DNA of 64,000 bases from assembly GCA_039621445.1 (NCBI GenBank), contig CP154954.1, positions 42,091,572-42,155,571 on the forward strand, given 5' to 3'. Position 1 is the stretch's first letter, and each line of letters begins with the position of its first letter. The translations under genes and the position numbers were made by a program. The notes under the pieces were generated by a model that did no database searches, was not told where the DNA came from, and saw only the letters and a list, made by a program, of their open reading frames with translations. The stretch comes from Euglena gracilis. Lineage: Eukaryota. Positions 56,707 to 64,000 of this stretch are shown here, piece after piece.

Positions 56707-59700
56707 GATGGGGCTGAGTGCCAATCCCCTGCTCACCCCCGCAACCAAGGAAAAAAAAAACTGGCAGATGCCTCACCAAAACACCGACCAAAATTGTCCC
56801 CAGACAGAGGAAAATGCAATGAAAAACTTTCCTGTCAGACTTGCATATATTCCATTTTCCCCCCAGAATTTTCCCTGAAAATCAGTTTACGACCATTCAA
56901 AAAAAAAACCCAGTTGACCTGAATTTCTGCTCTTCTGTTTTAATGGTGACCACATGTTCTCATTACCCAGAAAATTTGCACACGTGTGCATGCATTGTCC
57001 CGGACCAGATTGCCGGGGGAGCAGGGTGCAGTGGCCGCCCGCGTGGTGAGAGGTCGACCTGAAAATGCGGGGCAATCACCCACCCCTCAATTATGATGCT
57101 CAGGCTGCAGCCCAAACCCCCCCCCCCCAAAGCAAGGAAGTGGTCCAGACCACTCCCCCGCGCGTTGTTTTGGGGGTGCATTGTTGTACTGGACCCCGTC
57201 GAGCATTCTTCTCAAGGGCGCCGATTTTTTGGTCAAAAATTTCCATCCGTACTGTTGGCGCCAAAACATTCTTTCTTTGCATGGTGCTGTGGTGGGGGGG
57301 CCTACCCCCCCCGTCTTAAAAGAAATCCATGGAGTTCAGGGAGTGGAGTTCCATTCAAACCCTGCAGGTTTTGCTTTGCTGGTGCCGATCTGGGCAGCTT
57401 TTAGTGCAAACCCTCTGAGTGGGCAAACCACGGATTTATAAAAAGAGGTAAAAAGTGATAAAAAGAAACAATAATCCTCATTTCCTGTGGATTCGCTCAA
57501 TCATTTGTTTGCTCCAGGGTTCAACAAAAAGCCTTCGGGGGCGTGGGGGCAAAATCAATTTAATATTTGTGCAGGATTTCATGCACCTTGGGGGGGGGTG
57601 AAGTTTGGGGTGGTTGCATTTGGGGGGGAACAACTGAAAGCAAAGAAAATAAAACAACTAACAACCCGCTAGGTCTTGCATCCAACTCTGTGGGTGGGGC
57701 AAACAGTGGGCAAGCAGCGGAACACCTGGCGGACAGGCCGGCCAATGCTTCGGAGGGCGCTGGGGAGGGGCTGGGGGACTGGGGGCTGCCCGCACCCGCA
57801 CCCGCACCCGCACCCGCCGTTCCGGCCGCGGCCGCCGCCGCCTCCGCCTCCGCCGCCGGCCCCGGCTGCCGCGTCTTCAGTGCCCCCTGGTCGCGCCGCA
57901 AGCCAAAGACATACGGGGGGTGGGGGTGCGGCGCAGGCTGCGTGAGGTGGGGGCGAGGCGCGGGAGAGACAGCAGGGGACGGACTCCACTAACTCCACCA
58001 ACCCATACCAGAAACGTGTTGTGGTGTGCGTGCATGCGCAGAAGCGTGCGAGTCACCCAGAAAAATTTTTGACACAATGGGAAACAAACTGGTATTAAAA
58101 GCACAGAATCGCAAACCACCAAAACTGGTGGGCAGTGCCACGGGGCACTGGATTGGAAGGGGGGTTGTGGTAGGGCCACGTTGTGAGAGGCCGAATTCAA
58201 AATAAAAAGAAAACAATGATGGGATGGAATACAACATGCAAAATGCCAAAGATTTATTTTTTTAAAAAAAAGAGAGACGATAAGAGAGTCCAAACAAAAT
58301 TGCTTCCAGAATACACAGATAAATCAACCTTTCTACAAAATACATTTTCAACAAAAAACAATTGAAACACGGAATATCATCTCTTGATCAAACAAGTGAA
58401 TAGAAAACAATACAAAACAACTATAATAATAATAATAAAATACAATAAATCAACAACTGAGTTTTGATGGTTGGGCAGAAAACAGCAAAAAATTGAACCA
58501 GGCACAAACGACTCCCACCGCCCGCTGCTGAATAAAAAAATTGCAAATTTCAATGTGACTCACAAAAATTTTCAAACCCACAAAACTCTTGGTGCCCACA
58601 ACAACAATAAAAGTTGGTTGTGCACAGACCTTTTCCCAAAAATGAGTCGCAAAAAAATTGGTACTCACGCGTGACCCACAAAAAAGCCACCTTGGACGAA
58701 TGCAGGTTTCATGGTGATGACTTTCTATTTCCCAAACCCATGCTCCCCCCTTTTCATAGAGCACAGCAGCGGATGTCGTTTCATGCCACAATCAGGACAA
58801 ATAGCAAAAAAAAATGATGATGATGTGGTTGCCATTGGCCCATCACCATAGCCCTTTTGTTCCACCATTGCCACCATGTGGTTGGCAGTTGACGGGAGGT
58901 GCCAAGGGCAATGTTTTGGATAACACCCTTAAACAAATACCAAAATGCAATTCAAACCCAAAAAACGCTTTTGGCGTCTTCCCACCAGCCTGCAACTTTC
59001 AGACTCCATTTTTTTTCCACACCAGCAACGTTTCTGGACATCATTCGTTGCAAAAACCTTTAAAAACTCCTCCAGCCACCATTGAAAACTCTGCTCCTCA
59101 GGCGCAACCCACACCGACAAAAAAAACCAACCCAAAGGTAGCCCCCAGGCACGGCAAAAAGAAAAAAAAAGTCGGCGGAGAAGGTGGCGATGTTGTTGTA
59201 ATGAATGAGAGGAGAGGGAGGGTTGGGCGGCGGCTGAGGCGATCCTGGGAGCTGTCAACTTCACCCCCGTGTGCCCAGCCCCCCCCCCCACCCCAACCCT
59301 GTCCCCCCGGGGCCTTACGCTATGTGACAGCCCCCGCTGGGCGGGGCAGTCAGGCGACAGACGAAGGGCCGGTTGGGAATCCCGGCTACGGTGTCCCCCC
59401 TCACCCCCCCCCTACGGCCCCGCTCCCAACCGGCCCTTCTCGCGGCGGAAGGCCAAGGGGGTCCCCCGTTCCCCTTGGCCGCGGTCTGCCCGGTTTGCCA
59501 GGCCCAGGGCCCTGGCCCAGCCGCGCTTAGTGGCGCCGGGGGTGGCTGGGGGGGGGCAGCCTCGGGGGCGGCCTCCTTTCCAGGCGGGAGGGGGATTGGG
59601 CATGGGAGGGAGGGGATGGGGGGTTGGGGGAGGGCTGGTGGGCAGCCCACATTGCTGTGGGCCGCCCGCCAACCCTGCCCCCGGCGTGCGTGCCAACCGC

Positions 59701-60170
59701 TGCGTGTCGTGGCCACCGTCCCCTTTCAAACCGGAGGGGGAGCAGAGAGGGCGCAAAGCAGGGGGGGCTGATGGGGGGCCGGCATCCCTGTGGGCCACCC
59801 ACCAGCCTCCCCCTGGGAGGGAGGGGAGACTGCGCTGGGAGGGAGGGGGCGTAGATCCCAAAAAGAAGGGGATGGGGAGAAAAAGAGGCCTGGCAGATGA
59901 GCTGGGTGGAGCTGAAGGGCTGGGGCTGAAGCCGCGGCCTGCAAGGCGGGAAGGGGCTGTTGGGCTGAACCCCCAGTTTGCTCGGCTTCGATTGGCATTT
60001 TCAAGCATGGCATTGGGGGGCGATGTGGAATTAACCCAAAATATAATCTCACCACAGAAGGAAAACCTTGTCCGTTAACATCAACAGAACCCCCCCTTTT
60101 GAGTTTTGCGCAACCTTCTGGCATCTTTTATGTGTAGGGTAAGTTTTTCCTTCCAAACCACGCCCCCCCA

Positions 60171-60732
60171 TAACCCCCCCCCAAAAATAAGACCCCTCTG
60201 GGCCGATCGAGCAAAAATCCAAAAATAAGACCCCCCTTGACGGCGCGAAGCGCTGGGGACGGTCAGATTTTCCACTGAAAAATTACCAAAACCCCCAATT
60301 TCTTACCCCCCCCCCCCATGTCCGATGACCGGTAACTGTCTGTTCTCTGACCGGGGGGGGGGGGTGGTCGTTGGACATAGGGTAGTGACCAAAAAGGTGT
60401 CCTCTGACCGGGGGGGGGGGGTGGTCGTTGGACATGGGGTCAAAAGAAAGTTGGTGGGTACCCGGGTCCCTACCCACCCAAAAATGCCCAAATTTTCCCT
60501 TCCGGCGCTTTGCGCCGAAAATTTTGGGCAATTTTGACAAATTTTTGTCCAAAAAGTGTCAAAAATGGAAGTTTGGCCAAAAAATTTTAGTGCTCTTGGG
60601 AACCTGAAAAATGGCGTTTTTTCGGGCCCTGGTCGGTCAAGAAAAAAATTAAAAATAAGACCCCCCCCCTGGAGGCTTCCAGCAACGGACCCAAAAACAA
60701 GACTCGGGTCTTAATTTGGGGGGGGGGGGTTA
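60171..60732. mobile_element. TA-flanked Tc2/pogo-like MITE (motif AAAATAAGACCC)
   Basis: TAACCCCCCCCCAAAAATAAGACCC ... GGGTCTTAATTTGGGGGGGGGGGGTTA, with the motif reiterated subterminally. Confidence 0.7.
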
Positions 60733-60919
60733 TGCCCGATTTATACCTGAAAATTGCTGAAATTTTGCTGTTCGGGGGGCATTGGGCAGCAGTGGTTCTG
60801 CTGTTGATGGGGGTTTGGGGGGTGGGGAACCCAGCTGACCTGGTCCCGGGGGCTGATTGCGCATTTTGGCACCCCCCAGTTCCTGGCATTGAGGCAATCT
60901 GGCCCTCCTGTGCCCCGAT

Positions 60920-61581
60920 CAGGGGTTTTTTAGAGACCGGGGGGGGGGGAGGGGGGGTCCCCCCCACCAGGGATGGATGGGAAGCCTTGAGGGGGGGGGG
61001 GTGGGTCGGACCCCCCCCTCCCGACACGGAGGGGGGGGGGGGTGGGTCGGACCCCCCCCTCCTACCTCGAAACTGAGGGGGGGCCGAAAATTTTTCGATT
61101 TCATGGACGGGCAAAGGGCCGGAAATCGGGTCAAAATCGGTCAAAAATCCCTGATTTTTCTTTGAAAATCGATCCAAAAATGCTCGTTTTTTGAAATTTT
61201 TTGAACAATTTTTTGGGGGAAAACACCAACGCATCAAAAAAAGGGCAATATGTGCAAAACTCAGCAAAAAGGGGTGTTTTTGCTCACTTTCCGGCGCGCA
61301 GCGCCGGAAGAAAATTTTCTGCTATTTTTGGCACCTGTCAAGGAGGGGGGGGTGGGGGGGTCCGGGGGGGGGGGGAGGGGGTCCCGGGGGACCCACAAAA
61401 AATGGCCGAAAAATCGCGAAAAGTGCTAAAAATAGAATTTTTTCGGCGCCTGCGGCGCCGAAAAGTATATCCCACCCCCCTCCGGGGGGACCCCCCCCGG
61501 GGGGGGGGAGGGAGTCCGGCGGACCCACCCACCCTACCCCCCCTCCCCCCCCCCAGGGGTCCAAACTTAAAAAAATCCCTG
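60920..61581. mobile_element. hAT-like MITE with a nested truncated MITE
   Basis: CAGGGGTTTTTTAGAG ... CTTAAAAAAATCCCTG. 8-bp TSD GCCCCGAT. Confidence 0.82.
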
Positions 61582-62077
61582 GCCCCGATGTATACCTAAA
61601 AATTGCAAAATTTTGCTGTTTGGGGGTGTTTGGGCAGCAGTGGTTCTGGTACTGATGGGGTTTTTAACCCAGCCCCGGGGGCTGGTTGCGCATTTTGGCA
61701 CCCCCTTTTTCTGGCATTGAGGCAATCTGGCCCATGAAACCACGCCCCCCCCCCCAAATGCCCAGAAATTATACTTGAAAATTACCGATATTTTGTTTTT
61801 TGGGGGTGTTGGGCAGCAGTGGGAACTTTCATCTGACGGCACACACACAAACACACACATACCATATAAAGCCCAGGGGGCTGTTTGCCAGATAAAGCCC
61901 GCGTAAGGGGGCAGTTGATAACCATGGGGAGCTTGAAGAGCCGGGGCCACAGGGACTGGGGACGCTGCAGGTTGGGGCCCAAGGCGGTCAGGGGCTGTGG
62001 GGTTTGAGGCCCAGGGACACCAAGGACGCTGCTGTAGGGGGGGCAGTGGGGTGGCCGGGAGCTGCGCAGGTGGGGGG

Positions 62078-62500
62078 CAGGCATTTGCTTAAGCACCCCG
62101 GGGGGGGGGGGTACTGGCTAGCCAATCGGCTGGACACTGGAAAAAGTGGACTAGCTAGACCCCCCTCCCCCCCCCGGGGGGGGGCTGGGGGGTCTGGGGG
62201 GTCTGGGGGGTCCCCTGACTGGAAAAATGAGGCTTTTAACAGGTTTTTGGCTGATTTTGTTCCAAAAATTCCCAAAAATGGCCAAAACCGGGGATTTTTG
62301 GCCATTTTTGGGGGTCTCAAAAATAAATTTTGGCGCTTCGCGCCGGTCACTGGAAAAATTTTTTCCACTAGCTAGCCCTGCTAGCAGACCCCCCCCCCCC
62401 CGGGGGGGTCTGCTAGAAAACCCACTAGCCAAATTTGGACTAGCTGCAGTCCAGCCCCGCCGGGGAGGGGACGTACTGCAATCCCTTAAGCAAATGCCTG
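62078..62500. mobile_element. hAT-like MITE (relatives near 53036 and 53415-53710)
   Basis: Perfect 16-bp TIR CAGGCATTTGCTTAAG / CTTAAGCAAATGCCTG. 8-bp TSD GTGGGGGG. Confidence 0.92.
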
Positions 62501-64000
62501 GTGGGGGGTGGGGGGGGGGCGGGGGCAGGGTGGCCAGAGCTGCGGAGGTTGAGGCCCAGGGTGGCCAGAGCTGAGGGGGTGGGCCCAGGGTGGCCAGGGG
62601 CTTCGGGGGTTGAGCCAGAGCTGCGGGGGCCGGTGGTTCAGGCGGTGGGGCTCAGGTGGCTGTGCGTAGCACCCCCGTTCCGCGCCGGGAACCCTCGCTC
62701 GGCCAGGGCGAACCGAGGCCAAGCGAGGTCATCCGGACACGGCCCGGGGGACGTTGCAGGGATGTGGAGTGGGGTGGCGACGTGGTGTCGTTGCAGGCAG
62801 CCTCCTTTGCCACCACCAAAAACCAGGATTGCCAGGAGCAGTGCGGTCAGGGTGGAGTTGAGTTGATGATCTGCTCAAAACAAAAGAAATTTTTGGTGTT
62901 GGAGATATCCTCCTTACCCATTTTTCTCTCTCTCATTCACTTGCGGAATTTACTCAATTTCCCCAAAATCCTTTAAGCAGTTGTATTTTGTGTTCATTTG
63001 CACACCTAACCCGCTGGGAAATTGTCTCCAGACAAATGACAACTCCCTAAAAAGACAGGACAGCGGAAACAGACAATTGCTTGCCGACCCACGGGGTGTC
63101 AAAACGGTCCAAAATAGGCCTTGATGGGGGTTCAAGGAGGTCTCCAAAGCCACAGCATCCTTGGGTTTCCAGTTTGCCGTGGTCTAATGGTAAGGAAAAC
63201 ATGTTGGTTGCAAGAACTGACCACATCTAGATGGGTGCATTCAACCATTTCGGTGGACATGGACCAGGTCCAGACAATTCTTTACTGATCCCCCGGGGGG
63301 GAGGGGGGGTCACTCCAACTTTTTTTTTAAACCCAGTCAGTCATTTTCAAAAAACCAGCTAATCACTACCCCCCACCCGGGGGGGGGGGGTTCGGCCACT
63401 CAGAAAGCCAAAAAAAATTTAGGCCAAAAAAATTTTCCGGCTCCTTCGGCGCCGGGGTCACTCAAGCCACTTTTGCCCACTCCTGGGGGGGGGGGGAGGG
63501 GGGTCCGGGCCAAAAACCAGTCACTCTGAAAAAACCAGTCACCCCACAGCTGGGAGGCTGCGGGCGACCTCAGGAGGCTGCATCTGTTGGAGGAGGGTGA
63601 CGTTGGGCGAGGGCGTCGGGGTCGTCGCTGTTGGATCGGCGGCAGCGTTGGTGTGGCGGTGCTGTGGGCTGACTCACAGGCAAGCCAGTTTCCAGTGCAA
63701 GCACACAATTGCCCCCCCCCCCCCCGGGAAACTGTCTCCAGACAAATCAGCGAGCACAGAGGAGGTACCCATGAGGACAGGTCAGCAGGTGGAGAGAAGA
63801 CAGTTTCGGGTCTGGTTCAGAGGAAAAAAGTTTACGGGTGACAAAAAAATACGGGAAGCAATTTTTTCACAAGCCTTGCCACCAGAGCCTGAGGAAAAAA
63901 AGATCGGAATTCTTTGACTCTGGAAATTGCCTCTCTTAAGACAAAAAATTCAATAATTTTGAAAAAAAAATTGAGGAGACAGGTCACTGGATACAAAAGC

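Noticed and set aside
57669-60078. GC-rich Pro/Gly/Ala ORFs
   Set aside because: Low complexity, open in several frames, no domain. I cannot distinguish exon from background.

Overview
Repeat-dense eukaryotic nuclear DNA. A protist, possibly a euglenid, is my guess from composition only; the taxon cannot be determined here. No intact host gene, RNA gene or CRISPR array is evident. (1) A family of DIRS-type tyrosine-recombinase retrotransposons (RT, RNase H, N6-adenine-methyltransferase-like domain, overlapping YR ORF, ITRs and ICR) dominates. An intact copy A (7273-11802, minus) sits without a TSD inside the left ITR of near-intact copy B (7171-16271, plus). B's empty target site survives in an inverted duplicate at about 32593. 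There is also a decayed copy C (about 27477-32401) and a 508-bp mini-copy D. (2) A decayed LTR-flanked element (18945-22372) has the unusual order gag(CCHC), aspartic protease, adenine-MTase-like domain, and no RT or integrase. (3) A TRIM-like LTR element lies inside copy C. (4) There are many MITEs. At least five families have CAG...CTG-type termini and 8-bp TSDs, a geometry matching euglenid non-conventional introns; precise removal of one restores a GC3-rich reading frame. TA-flanked Tc2/pogo-like MITEs and one Mutator-like MITE also occur. (5) The rest includes a 29-bp satellite with a 552-bp higher-order duplication, TCGA-rich arrays, long hairpins and diverged duplications carrying exon-like fragments. 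All alignments were done by eye, and long G/C homopolymer lengths may be assembly artefacts.
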